Counted from the first letter of the stretch, positions 17,940-27,912 are shown. The stretch is 49,113 bases of DNA from Candidatus Velthaea sp. (GCA_050012475.1 JBEKHC010000032.1:1-49113); one strand, 5' to 3'. Translations and numbers: made by a program. The notes: generated by a model not told the origin, from the sequence alone.

Positions 17940-19533
17940 TTTGGACGGCCAGAATCTCGGGACTCGCTTGTTCGGCGAAGACCTTGAAATTGTCGAAAAA
18001 GAGTCCCGCGAGTTTCTTGGCCTGGACGTCGTAGGCGGCCGTGTCGGCCCAGGCTCCGCGCGGATCGAGCACGTCGCTGGGGACGTCCGGGACGCTGGTC
18101 GGGATCGAGAGCCCGAAGAACGGTTCGGTCACGAACCGGACGTCGTCCAGGCGGCCTTCGATGGCGGCGTTGAGCATCGCGCGGGTATAGGCGATCTTCA
18201 TCCGGTTGCCGACTCCCGGGGGCCCGCCGAGCCAGCCGGTGTTGACCAGCCAGCAGCGGACGGCGTCCTTCTCGATGTGTTCGCCTAACAGTTTGGCGTA
18301 GACCGTCGGATGGTGCACCATGAACGGCGCCCCGAAGCACGTCGAGAACGTCGCAACCGTGCCGACGACGCCTTTCTCCGTGCCGGCCGTCTTGGCGGTG
18401 TAGCCGGAGAGGAAGTGGTACATCGCCTGCGGCACCGATAGCCGCGCAATCGGCGGCAGCACGCCGAACGCATCGGCGGTCAGCATCACGACCGTCGTCG
18501 GATGCCCGGCCCGGGACCCCGGCACGACGTTAGGGATGTAGCATAACGGATACGCGGAACGGGTGTTTTCGGTCAACGCGGCTGAATCCAGATCGAGTTG
18601 CCGCGTTGCCGGGTCGATCGCGACGTTTTCGAGGATCGTCCCGAACTGGTGCGAGGCCGCCCAGATCTCCGGCTCCTGCTCGGCATTCAGCTTGATCGCC
18701 TTGGCGTAGCACCCGCCCTCGAAGTTGAACACGCCGTCGTTGGACCAGCCGTGTTCGTCGTCGCCGATCAGCGGCCGGCTGGGATCGGCCGAGAGCGTCG
18801 TTTTCCCCGTCCCCGAGAGCCCGAAGATAACCGCCACGTCGTCGGCTTTCCCGACGTTGGCCGAGCAATGCATCGGCAGCACGTCACGCAGGGGCATCAA
18901 GTAATTCATGATCGTGAAGACCGATTTCTTGATTTCGCCGGCGTATTCGGTACCCCCGATGAGGACCAGTTTACGGGCAAAGTTGATCAAGATGAAGGTC
19001 GAGGAGTTCGTGCCGTCGCGCGCCGGGTCGGCTTCGAATAACGCCGCGTCGAGCACGGTGAACTCCGGCGTGAAGCCTTCGACGTGGTCGGCCGTATCGA
19101 TCAGCAAGTCGCGCGCGAAGATATTCTGCCATGCCGATTGGGTGATCACCCGCACCGGCAACTGGAACTGCGGGTCGGCGCCGACGTAGCAGTCGAGCGC
19201 GTACAGCTCGCGGTCTTTGAGGTATGCGGTGACGCGCCCGAGCAGCGCGTCGAACTTCGCGGCCTCGAACGGTTTGTTGGTGGTTCCCCAATCGATGTGC
19301 TGCTCGCTGCTCGGTTCGCGAACGAAAAATTTATCGTGCGGGGAGCGGCCGGTGTGCTTGCCGGTCTCGACCACGAACTGCCCGTCAGCGCCGAGCAAGC
19401 CCTCGTTATTTCGGATCGCGTGCTCGTAGAGCTCCGAAACGCTCAGGTTGCGATGGATTTTCGTGGCGCTACTGAGACCGAGAGCGGTCATCTCAGCGTC
19501 GAAAGCAAGCGCGGAATTCGGCAAAGTGAGAAT
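17929..19533 (-). CDS. pckA: Phosphoenolpyruvate carboxykinase (ATP)
   Basis: TGRSP, YAGEIKK, MHCSAN, FGLSGTGKTTLS, LIGDDEHGW, FEGGCYAK. Start uncertain (ATT 19533, TTG 19524 or ATG 19491). Confidence 0.96.
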   Translation of the reverse strand: MLTLPNSALAFDAEMTALGLSSATKIHRNLSVSELYEHAIRNNEGLLGADGQFVVETGKHTGRSPHDKFFVREPSSEQHIDWGTTNKPFEAAKFDALLGRVTAYLKDRELYALDCYVGADPQFQLPVRVITQSAWQNIFARDLLIDTADHVEGFTPEFTVLDAALFEADPARDGTNSSTFILINFARKLVLIGGTEYAGEIKKSVFTIMNYLMPLRDVLPMHCSANVGKADDVAVIFGLSGTGKTTLSADPSRPLIGDDEHGWSNDGVFNFEGGCYAKAIKLNAEQEPEIWAASHQFGTILENVAIDPATRQLDLDSAALTENTRSAYPLCYIPNVVPGSRAGHPTTVVMLTADAFGVLPPIARLSVPQAMYHFLSGYTAKTAGTEKGVVGTVATFSTCFGAPFMVHHPTVYAKLLGEHIEKDAVRCWLVNTGWLGGPPGVGNRMKIAYTRAMLNAAIEGRLDDVRFVTEPFFGLSIPTSVPDVPSDVLDPRGAWADTAAYDVQAKKLAGLFFDNFKVFAEQASPEILAVQIKP

Positions 19534-19732
19534 GGCACGGCTCCTTGGAGACGACAAGCCGATGCGGGGCAGGTGTTCGCGGGGCGAACGACATCCGCCT
19601 ATACCGGCACGGGTACTCGAGTGCTGTCACGGTAGTATAGCGGCGGCTCGGGGTCAATGGCTTTCGTCGCTGACCGAGGCAGCGCTTGTGCTCCGGAGGG
19701 GAACGTACGGGGGGCCGCGAGATGCTGTAAGC

Positions 19733-20860
19733 ATGACCCTCACGCTCCGCCTTGCCGCTGTCGCCCTGTGCGGAACGCTGCTGGCGGCGTCCCCGGTACG
19801 AGTCGGGTCGCTGCCGGCCGGTCGGGTGGATGGCATCACCGACGTGCCCGGCGTGCGCGTGGGGCAACTGACGAAGGTCGAAGGCAGCAACGTGCGGACC
19901 GGCGCTACCGGCGTAATCGGCAACGCCGATCCGTGGAACGACCGGGTCGCCGCGGCGACCTATGACCTCAACGGCAACGGCGAACTGACCGGCGCGCACT
20001 GGGTCGACCAATCCGGCTTCCTCGAAACGCCGATCGTCCTCACCGACACGCTCGACGTCGGCCGGGCCGACGACGGTGTGATCGACTGGATGGACGCGCA
20101 CTATCCGGCGATCGGGGTGCGCGATGACGTGCCCCTGCCGGTGGTCGCCGAGTGCGACGATCAGGGGCTCAATGACATCCGCGGCCGGCATGTTACCGCG
20201 ACCGACGTGGCTGCGATGCTCGATGCGGCACGCCCGGGAAATTTTACCCGCGGCAGCGTCGGCGCCGGGACCGGCATGCACGCTTTCGGTTTCAAAGGCG
20301 GGATCGGCTCGTCGTCGCGCGTGCTCCCCGCGTCGCTGGGCGATTATACCGTTGGCGTGCTCGTCAACGTCAATACGGGAGCGCGTGATGAATTGCTCGT
20401 CGACGGCGTCCACGTGGGCGAACTGCTGCGCAACGAGCTGCGGCCGGTGTACCCCGCCGCGTACGCGCCGCCCGTCCGCGGCCGGGCCGCCGACGGCAGC
20501 ATCATCATCGTCGTTGCCACCAATGCGCCGCTGGACGCGCTGCGGCTGCGCGATCTCGCGAAACGCGCGGCGCTCGGTCTTGCGCGCACCGGAGCGACGT
20601 CGCATGTTTCGAGCGGCGATTTGCTGATCGCGTTCAGCACCACGCACACGTATCCACGGGCGGGGGGCGTCGCCGGACCGCCGCTCGAAACGGATGAGGA
20701 TCGCATCGACGCGCTCTTCAGCGCGACCGTCGACGCCACGCAAGCCGCGATCTACGACGCGATCTTCAGCGCCACGACCGTTTCAGGGGCCTACGGGATC
20801 ACTTTGTACGGCTTGCCGTATTCGCGCGTCCGTCCGCTTTTACCGCCGCACGCGCACTAA
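19733..20860 (+). CDS. DmpA/P1 (S58) family peptidase with signal peptide
   Basis: ITDVPGVRVG, NGNGELTG, PVVAECDD, GSVGAGTGM, KGGIGSSSR, autocleavage G|SIIIVVATNAPL, SGD. Confidence 0.9.
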   Translation: MTLTLRLAAVALCGTLLAASPVRVGSLPAGRVDGITDVPGVRVGQLTKVEGSNVRTGATGVIGNADPWNDRVAAATYDLNGNGELTGAHWVDQSGFLETPIVLTDTLDVGRADDGVIDWMDAHYPAIGVRDDVPLPVVAECDDQGLNDIRGRHVTATDVAAMLDAARPGNFTRGSVGAGTGMHAFGFKGGIGSSSRVLPASLGDYTVGVLVNVNTGARDELLVDGVHVGELLRNELRPVYPAAYAPPVRGRAADGSIIIVVATNAPLDALRLRDLAKRAALGLARTGATSHVSSGDLLIAFSTTHTYPRAGGVAGPPLETDEDRIDALFSATVDATQAAIYDAIFSATTVSGAYGITLYGLPYSRVRPLLPPHAH

Positions 20861-20904
20861 CGTTCGTGCGGGGCGCCGCCCGAGCTCCAGCGGCGTTCCG
20901 AAAT

Positions 20905-20937
20905 TTTACAAATTCTTTCGTATCTTTACAAATTCTT
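20905..20937 (+). promoter_or_regulatory. AT-rich 13-bp direct repeat, probable transcription-factor site
   Basis: TTTACAAATTCTT at 20905-20917 and 20925-20937, upstream of the diguanylate cyclase. Confidence 0.55.
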
Positions 20938-21103
20938 GTCGGCCCGTATTTGGGCGGCCGAATGACTCGCACTATCGGCAACGAAGCCCGCATTTCGGAA
21001 CGGGAGCGACGTGACTTCGTCCTCGCGCGCAGCGCGAGCGCATAGGGGAAGCCTGCGACCACATGACGAGCTTGTGAGTGGATGCGGTAACGATACCGCA
21101 GAA

Positions 21104-22579
21104 ATGGAACACCGCGTGCGGGCACAGAACGAATGCGAATCGCAGCGTCTGCTCAACCAACTCGTCGAGCAGCATGCGCTCGTGCCGGGTCTGTTTCGCG
21201 ATCATCCTCAGCCGATGGTGCTCTACGATCTCGAAGGCCGGATCGTCATCGGCAACAAAGCCGCGATCAGCCTGCTCGGGCATCCGCCCGGAACGCTGGT
21301 CGGCTCGCATTTTTCTGCCCACCTCGCGCCGGGCTGCGTGGCCGACGCGCACGCGATGCGCGACATCGCCGTGACCGGCAACACGACGGAATTCGATGCG
21401 GTCTTCGTGCACGCCGACGGCCATCCCGTCAGCGTTTCGACCACTATCGCGCCGGCCCGGCTCGGCGAAGAAATCGTGGGCATCTACGGCATCGTGCGCG
21501 AAGTTCGTCACGAGCGCGAGGTCGCTGCCGCCGTCGAACAGGCCGACCGTTTTCGGGCGCTTTATCTCCTTGCCGCGTCGTCAGGTCGGACCGCGCAGCA
21601 GCGGATCGAAGACACGCTGACGCTGGGGAATGAGTTACTTGCCGTGGACTGCGGCATCGTCATGCGGCTCGACAACGGCGTGCTTTCACCGACCCATATC
21701 GTCGGCTCGGCGCCTTGCGAATCGCTACGCTCGCTGTCGATCGAAAGAGCGGCTTGCCGGCAACTGTTCAGCACGTTCGACCCCATCGCCGTCGACGACA
21801 TCGACCGGCCGCCGTGGGATCGCGAACCCGTGCGATTGCTCTTTCCGTGGCGCTCGTTCATCGCTACGACCTTCGAGATCGGCGGAAACTTTGCCGGCGT
21901 GATCGGCTTCGGTTCAGCGCGTGAACGGGGTGAACTGTTTTCGACCGCCGACCGTGAGTTCGTCCGGTCGATCAGCACGGTCGTCAGTTCGACCCTCGAA
22001 CGACAGGCCGAGCAGGAGCGGCTGGACGCGCTGGCCTTTACCGACACGCTCACCGGGTTGCCGAACCGCGCGCTGCTGCAGGACCGGTTGCAGCAGCTCA
22101 TCGCTGAAAGCAGGCGGAACGGCGAATCGTTCGCCGTTCATTTTTTAGATCTCGACGGATTCAAGCAAGTGAACGACACGGCCGGGCACGCCGACGGCGA
22201 TATCGTGCTGCGTCAGACTGCGACGCGGCTCAAGGACGCGTTGCGCGAAAGCGATTCGATCGCGCGGCTGGGCGGCGACGAGTTCATCGTGCTGCAGAAA
22301 CATGTTCGCAGCGCGCGCGAGGCGGTGGCGTTGGCACGCACGCTGCTCGGACTCATGCGCCTGCCGTTCGTCATCGAAAAGCGCTCGCATCCGCTGAGCG
22401 CAAGCATCGGGATCAGCATTTTTCCCGCCGACGGAGACACCGCCAAAACGCTGCTGGGGCATGCCGACATCGCACTGTACCGGGCCAAATCATTCGGCCG
22501 CGACCGGGTGGCGCTGTACACGCCGCGGGCCCCGTCCGTGTCGGCGGAAACCCGCATCGGGGAGATCGTCCGCGGCTGA
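21104..22579 (+). CDS. PAS-GAF-GGDEF diguanylate cyclase
   Basis: PAS (YDLEGRIVIGN), GAF, DTLTGLPNR, DLDGFKQVND, RESD I-site and intact RLGGDEF. Start could be GTG 21011. Confidence 0.92.
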   Translation: MEHRVRAQNECESQRLLNQLVEQHALVPGLFRDHPQPMVLYDLEGRIVIGNKAAISLLGHPPGTLVGSHFSAHLAPGCVADAHAMRDIAVTGNTTEFDAVFVHADGHPVSVSTTIAPARLGEEIVGIYGIVREVRHEREVAAAVEQADRFRALYLLAASSGRTAQQRIEDTLTLGNELLAVDCGIVMRLDNGVLSPTHIVGSAPCESLRSLSIERAACRQLFSTFDPIAVDDIDRPPWDREPVRLLFPWRSFIATTFEIGGNFAGVIGFGSARERGELFSTADREFVRSISTVVSSTLERQAEQERLDALAFTDTLTGLPNRALLQDRLQQLIAESRRNGESFAVHFLDLDGFKQVNDTAGHADGDIVLRQTATRLKDALRESDSIARLGGDEFIVLQKHVRSAREAVALARTLLGLMRLPFVIEKRSHPLSASIGISIFPADGDTAKTLLGHADIALYRAKSFGRDRVALYTPRAPSVSAETRIGEIVRG

Positions 22580-22599
22580 AGCGCCCGGGCGCGGTGCCT

Positions 22600-24798
22600 T
22601 TAGGGACAACCCGGCGTGCCCGAGTCGGGACCTTGCGGACCAAGCCCGAAACGCAGGCGCAGTCCGATACTGGGCGGCGGACCATAGCGGTCCGGGCTCG
22701 ACAGATAGCGCGTTCCGCTGAGATTGCTGGCTTCGAGCGTCAAGGCCGCGCCTTGGCCGAGCGGGCGGGTGATGTGCGCGCCCAGGATGATCGCCGCGGG
22801 GAGAATCTGCGTGTTGCGGTCGTCGGCGAACGTGACGCCGGCGTAGCCGATGTCTGCGCCGTAACCAAACGCGCCGCTGCCCGAGTCGACGGCGACGTCG
22901 CCCGAGCGCGACGGCACGTACTGCAGCCGATTGCCCAGATCGTACACCGGTCCGTTGGTGATGCGCGCATACTGCGACGTGAGATACGCGCGCAGGCGCG
23001 TGCAGCGCGCGACGCGCGTCGCATACGTGAGCGTCGTGCTGTCGGTTTGCGTGCGTCCGACGTTGCTGCGGGTTTGCGTGGTCGGTGAAGTCGGGCTGGT
23101 CACGAATTCGATCGCGTTAGTGACCCGGGTGTTGGCGTAGTCGAGCGACAACCGCCCGGCGCCCAGCAGCGCGTCGGCGCCGACGCCGTAGTTCGCGCTG
23201 CGTTCGGGAATGAGATTGGGATTGGGATTGTACGAGATGTTGCCGATCCGATAGCCGCGCACGAGTTCGTTGAGGAACGGTTCGCGGAAGCCGCCGCCGG
23301 TCGAGGCGCGCAGGGCAATGCCTTTGGTGACGTCATATCGCGCGGCAAGCCGCGGTGAAAGCACGCGATCGGTGCGCGGCTGCGGTGCGGTGAGGCTCGT
23401 CAACGTGCGCAGCGCGGTATCCGAGGTCGCAACCAGATCGCCGCGCAGTCCGGCGATCACCTGCATCCGGCCGGCCTCGTACGTATCTTCGAGAGCTAGG
23501 CCGGCATACTGCTGTTTGCCGGAGCCCTGCGACTGCAGCGCACCGGTCGGACCGGTTTGGGTGCTGACGCCGGTCACGAATTTCTCATCGGCCCGCAGCG
23601 CGATCTCGTTGTTGCCTTGGGTGAAAAACCACGATCCGGCGACGCCGCTCTCGCGGGTCGGAATCTGTTGGATGTAGCGCAGCGCGCCCGGGGTCGTCGG
23701 CGCTAGATCGTCGGTGTTGGTGATGTTCGTGTCGCGGTTGTAGGCCACGACGCTCAGCGTCGCGGCCGGCGTCGACGTCAAAAAGTGGAGGTCGGCTTGG
23801 GTGAGATCGCGCGCGAACGTATAGCTTGGGCGGCCCTCGAACTGTTCGTCGTTGGCGAACAATCCGCCGGCGGTGAGCGCAGAATGGCCGAACGTGTAGC
23901 GCATCTGCGCGCGCGTTGCGCTGCTCGTCGACGTGGCTTCGCGATCGATCGGACTCGTGTAGCCGGGCGGAAAGTCGGAGTACGCCTGGTGACCAGTTTG
24001 GGTCGTCACGGCGGCGGTGAGATTCGGCGCGACCGTGAAGCGGTAGTTGAACGTCGCGTTCGTGCGATGCGGGGTCCCGTCTTGCAGTTCGATGCTCCCG
24101 GCGGGCATCGCTCGCCAATCCGCACCCGGACCGAAGCTGCGCAGCTGCAGCACGCCGCCGATCGCGTTGGCGCCGTACAACGCAGCCCCCGGACCGCGCA
24201 GCAGCTCGACGGAATCCAGCGATCCCGGCGGATAGGCCAGCCAATTTACTTGTCCGCCGAATCCGTCTTGGGCTGGAACGTCGTCGGCGAGCACCAGACC
24301 GCGATCTTCGCCCGAGCCCGAAAACGACACGCGCAGATTGCCGTAGGCGGTGAACGCGCTATTGCTGCGCACGAAATCGAAACCGGGCAATGCCCGCAAC
24401 AGCGAATCGGTGGCAAACGCGGGCGACGTCGCAATTGCCGTGGTATCGAGGGTGGCCGCGGGAACGGCGAGCCGGTGCAGGTTGCGCGACGAGCCGGTTG
24501 CCACCGAAACTCTCCCGATGACGGTCGATTGCGCGTGCAGCACGATCGCGGCGCTGGTCGCCGGGAGGGTGATGGTGGCCGAATCGAAGCCGGCGGCGGT
24601 GACCGTCACCGATACGGCATCGAAATCGGCGGGCGCGGCGAGGTTGCCGGCCGCGTCGCTCGTTGCGCCGGCCGTCGCACCCGACGCCGAGCGGAAGACC
24701 GCAGTGGCGTGGGCGACGGGCGTTCCCCGCTCATCGACGACGTCGAGATGTGGACCAAGCACGGCGAGCAAAAGCGCCGCCAATAGAGGGGCAATCAT
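22600..24798 (-). CDS. TonB-dependent outer-membrane receptor
   Basis: Signal peptide, short N-terminal beta domain, plug motifs LRALPG and VELLRGPGAALYGANAIGGV, barrel motifs NPNLIPE and SNLSGTRY. Confidence 0.9.
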   Translation of the reverse strand: MIAPLLAALLLAVLGPHLDVVDERGTPVAHATAVFRSASGATAGATSDAAGNLAAPADFDAVSVTVTAAGFDSATITLPATSAAIVLHAQSTVIGRVSVATGSSRNLHRLAVPAATLDTTAIATSPAFATDSLLRALPGFDFVRSNSAFTAYGNLRVSFSGSGEDRGLVLADDVPAQDGFGGQVNWLAYPPGSLDSVELLRGPGAALYGANAIGGVLQLRSFGPGADWRAMPAGSIELQDGTPHRTNATFNYRFTVAPNLTAAVTTQTGHQAYSDFPPGYTSPIDREATSTSSATRAQMRYTFGHSALTAGGLFANDEQFEGRPSYTFARDLTQADLHFLTSTPAATLSVVAYNRDTNITNTDDLAPTTPGALRYIQQIPTRESGVAGSWFFTQGNNEIALRADEKFVTGVSTQTGPTGALQSQGSGKQQYAGLALEDTYEAGRMQVIAGLRGDLVATSDTALRTLTSLTAPQPRTDRVLSPRLAARYDVTKGIALRASTGGGFREPFLNELVRGYRIGNISYNPNPNLIPERSANYGVGADALLGAGRLSLDYANTRVTNAIEFVTSPTSPTTQTRSNVGRTQTDSTTLTYATRVARCTRLRAYLTSQYARITNGPVYDLGNRLQYVPSRSGDVAVDSGSGAFGYGADIGYAGVTFADDRNTQILPAAIILGAHITRPLGQGAALTLEASNLSGTRYLSSPDRYGPPPSIGLRLRFGLGPQGPDSGTPGCP

Positions 24799-24885
24799 GG
24801 GCCGCTCTTCGACACGGCCGGTGGAGTGCATGCGCCCCCGCCGAACGGATTGCGCGCGCACCGGCGCGAAAGGGCCAGCGGCCGC

Positions 24886-24970
24886 GGAGAGGTGGCAGAG
24901 TGGTCGAATGCACTCGCTTGGAAAGCGAGCATACCGCAAGGTATCGGGAGTTCGAATCTCCCCCTCTCCG
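24886..24970 (+). tRNA. tRNA-Ser (anticodon GGA); CCA not encoded
   Basis: Acceptor GGAGAGG/CCTCTCC plus discriminator G; anticodon arm CTCGC-TTGGAAA-GCGAG; long variable arm ATACC-GCAA-GGTAT; T-loop TTCGAAT. Confidence 0.97.
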
Positions 24971-25174
24971 AAGCGCCCGCTCTGGAGGCCAGGCGACCGT
25001 CGCCGACTCGCTTGGCGCACAAAGCGCTTCGGGGCCCCGTTCGCGCTCTTCAAGTCGCGATTTCGACGTTCTACGCAAACGTAGCAGCCCGGAACCTTTT
25101 TCCGGGACTACAATGAGACGACGGCACGACCAACCATCGCGCCTGCAGTCATCTAATCGGAGGGGTTCCAAACG

Positions 25175-26410
25175 GTGTCTAATCTTCTTCGCGACCGGCC
25201 TTACACTCAAGCCGATGTCGAAAAGCTTCGCGGCAGCGTGCACATCGAACACACGCTCGCCCGGCGCGGCGCCGAACGGCTGCGGTCGCTGCTTGCCGCG
25301 AATGAACCGGTGGCGGCGCTCGGCTGCCTAACGGGAAATCAAGCGGTCCAGGCGATCAAAGCCGGGCTCAAGGCCATCTATTTGAGCGGCTGGCAAGTCG
25401 CCGCCGACGCAAACTTGGCCGGTCAGATGTATCCCGACCAGAGCTTGTATCCGGCCAATTCGGTGCCCGATGTCGTCCGCCGCATCAACAACGCGCTCCA
25501 GCGCGCCGATCAGATCGACCACATGGAAGGGATCAAGGAGACGGAGTGGCTCGCGCCGATCGTTGCTGACATGGAAGCCGGATTCGGCGGGGCGCTCAAC
25601 GTTTTCGAGCTGACCAAGGCGATGATCGAAGCCGGCGCCGCGGGCGTCCATCTCGAAGACCAACTGGCATCCGAGAAGAAGTGCGGACATCTGGGCGGCA
25701 AAGTGCTGATCCCGACCCAGCAGGCCGTGAAGAATCTCATCTCCGCGCGTCTGGCGATGGACGTGCTCGACGTTCCCACCGTCTTGATCGCGCGGACCGA
25801 CGCCGATGCGGCAGCGCTGCTGACCAGCGATATCGATCCCGTCGATCGCAAGTTCTGCACCGGCGAACGCACGCCCGAAGGCTTCTATCGCGTGAACGCC
25901 GGCATCGATCAAGCGATCGCGCGCGGACTTTCGTACGCGCCGTATTGCGACTTGATCTGGTGCGAGACGTCGCATCCCAACCTTGCCGAAGCCAAGAAGT
26001 TCGCCGAATCGATTCGCGCGCAGTTCCCCAACAAATTGCTGGCCTACAACTGCTCGCCGTCGTTCAACTGGAAAGCCAAGCTCGACGACGCGACGATCTC
26101 GACGTTCCGCGACCAGCTCAACGCGATGGGGTATCGCTTCCAGTTCATCACGCTGGCCGGTTTCCACACCCTCAACCACAGCATGTTCACCCTGGCCAAG
26201 GACTTCAACCGGCGCGGAATGGCGGCGTACGCCGACTTCCAGGCGGGCGAGTTCGCCAGCGAATCGCTGGGCTACACCGCGACGCGCCACCAGCGCGAAG
26301 TCGGCACCGGCTACTTCGACGAAGTCGCGAAGATCGTGGGCGGCGGCGAATCGTCGACCACCGCGCTGACCGGTTCGACCGAAGAAGCGCAGTTCGCCGG
26401 ACACGTGTAA
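25175..26410 (+). CDS. aceA: Isocitrate lyase
   Basis: [19 protein letters not shown], catalytic [35 protein letters not shown] upstream. Confidence 0.97.
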   Translation: MSNLLRDRPYTQADVEKLRGSVHIEHTLARRGAERLRSLLAANEPVAALGCLTGNQAVQAIKAGLKAIYLSGWQVAADANLAGQMYPDQSLYPANSVPDVVRRINNALQRADQIDHMEGIKETEWLAPIVADMEAGFGGALNVFELTKAMIEAGAAGVHLEDQLASEKKCGHLGGKVLIPTQQAVKNLISARLAMDVLDVPTVLIARTDADAAALLTSDIDPVDRKFCTGERTPEGFYRVNAGIDQAIARGLSYAPYCDLIWCETSHPNLAEAKKFAESIRAQFPNKLLAYNCSPSFNWKAKLDDATISTFRDQLNAMGYRFQFITLAGFHTLNHSMFTLAKDFNRRGMAAYADFQAGEFASESLGYTATRHQREVGTGYFDEVAKIVGGGESSTTALTGSTEEAQFAGHV

Positions 26411-26436
26411 GGGCGCTCGTCAGCCTTTCGCGCTCC

Positions 26437-26487
26437 GCAGCAACAGCAGTGCCCGCAACGCAAGTTGCGGGCACTGCTGTTTGCTGC
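26437..26487. terminator. Long hairpin, likely bidirectional terminator
   Basis: AACAGCAGTGCCCGCAAC-GCAA-GTTGCGGGCACTGCTGTT (18-bp perfect stem) between convergent aceA and GNAT genes. Confidence 0.8.
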
Positions 26488-26503
26488 ACCTTCGCTCAAG
26501 CCC

Positions 26504-27007
26504 TCAGGTCAGCAATTTTTCGTAGCGGACCCCGTCGAACGAACCGACGCGGCGTTCATCGACGGCGCTGAAGCCCAGCCGCTCGTAGAGTGCGCGCAGC
26601 GGCGGGCGATCGCGAGCGGTGTCCAGCCGCACGACCCCGATCCCGCGCTCCCGGCTGCGGTCTTCGCACTCCCGGACGAGCGCCTCCCCTACCCCGCGTC
26701 CGGCCGCCGAGCGCGCCACCGCGACCTTGTGGATGTATGCCGCGCCATGGGCCGGACGGTCGGGCCACCACAACTGGTCACGCCACTGCAGCAGCGCCAC
26801 GCCGCCCACGCCGCCGTCGACGCGCGCGCCGATGACCAGGCCGCGAGCGAGCGCATCATCGATGAAGCGTTCGTCGAAGATACGGGGAGACCACAACGCC
26901 AATCCGCGGTCGGTCAGCCATTGCGCTGCGTCGCGCCAGACGGGCAGCGCCGCCACCGCGGCCTCGCGGTCCAAGAGCGTGCAGGTGATGGCCGCAGTCG
27001 GTGGCAT
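26504..27007 (-). CDS. GNAT family N-acetyltransferase
   Basis: YIHKVAV, motif A AGRGVGEAL, VRLDT, LYERLGF. Confidence 0.88.
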   Translation of the reverse strand: MPPTAAITCTLLDREAAVAALPVWRDAAQWLTDRGLALWSPRIFDERFIDDALARGLVIGARVDGGVGGVALLQWRDQLWWPDRPAHGAAYIHKVAVARSAAGRGVGEALVRECEDRSRERGIGVVRLDTARDRPPLRALYERLGFSAVDERRVGSFDGVRYEKLLT

Positions 27008-27157
27008 GGCCGGACGGCTTCGCTCCGGCGGCAAATGCATCATCGCGCTGCCGGGGGACAAACGTCCTGGGATATCAGGTGAAGCGGACTGGCTCGCGGC
27101 CCGCAGCACTGCTACGATTGCCGATACAGCCCAACACGTCCGGCAGGGTGGCTCGTT

Positions 27158-27646
27158 CTGTTTCCACGACGCTTTTCAGCGGTTCTCGGCGCTCTGGTCA
27201 TCGTCAGCACGGCGTGCGGTTTCGCCGCCGCACGGTCCGGCGCTGAAAAGGTCGCCGCCGTGACCCGTCCGGGATCGGCGCCGGCGGGAATTCGCTGCCC
27301 GGACTCCCCGGTGCAAGCCGGAGCCACGTTGCCGACGGATCCTTCCCAGCCGCTCCAGGTCGCGACCGATATCTATAGCGTGTGGGGCGGACCCGAGAGC
27401 GCCGTCGAGATTGCTTGGCTGTACTTTGCCGGCGACGGCAAGACGATTTTTCTGCAATACAACTACGCGTCGATTGCGACATACGGCAAGCGTGCGCTGG
27501 GGATTTCCCTCGACTCCGTGGCGACGGCCGCCGGTTTCGGCGCAATCGTGCCCTGGAACCATCAGCCGATCGCCCGGCACTACCGGATCATCAAGTGCGC
27601 GGTGCCCGAGGCCACCGGCCCCGCGGCTCACCGCAACGAAAGCTGA
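27158..27646 (+). CDS. Hypothetical exported protein (start uncertain)
   Basis: Frame open from 27083; signal-like PRRFSAVLGALVIVSTACGFAAA lies upstream of the first canonical start (GTG 27260); protein-like composition downstream. Confidence 0.55.
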   Translation: MFPRRFSAVLGALVIVSTACGFAAARSGAEKVAAVTRPGSAPAGIRCPDSPVQAGATLPTDPSQPLQVATDIYSVWGGPESAVEIAWLYFAGDGKTIFLQYNYASIATYGKRALGISLDSVATAAGFGAIVPWNHQPIARHYRIIKCAVPEATGPAAHRNES

Positions 27647-27694
27647 CACGCTCGCAAAGGGATTCATCGCTCATCGCTGCATGTTTGCAAGCCT

Positions 27695-27898
27695 ATGGAA
27701 ATCAGCGCACGCAACCAGCTTCCCGGTAAAGTCGTCTCCACGAAGCTCGGCTCGATCATGGCCGAAGTCTCGGTCGAAGTCGACGCGGCGACGATCGTCG
27801 CTGCGATTACGCGATCGTCGGTCGAGCATCTCAATCTCGCGCCCGGCGATTCCGTCCGCGTCATCATCAAATCGACGGAAGTCATCATCGGGAAATAA
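27695..27898 (+). CDS. Molbindin/TOBE (Mop) molybdate-binding protein
   Basis: MEISARNQLPGKV...AAITRSSVEHLNL...IIKSTEV. Confidence 0.92.
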   Translation: MEISARNQLPGKVVSTKLGSIMAEVSVEVDAATIVAAITRSSVEHLNLAPGDSVRVIIKSTEVIIGK

Positions 27899-27912
27899 GC
27901 GCCGCTGAGCCT

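Noticed and set aside
19634..19657. Sigma-70 promoter for pckA (TTGACC...TATACT, minus strand)
   Set aside because: The spacer is only 12 bp; the -10 may be real but the pair is not canonical
24886..25170. tRNA-Ser as an island integration site
   Set aside because: No duplicated tRNA 3' end or integrase; flanking genes are housekeeping
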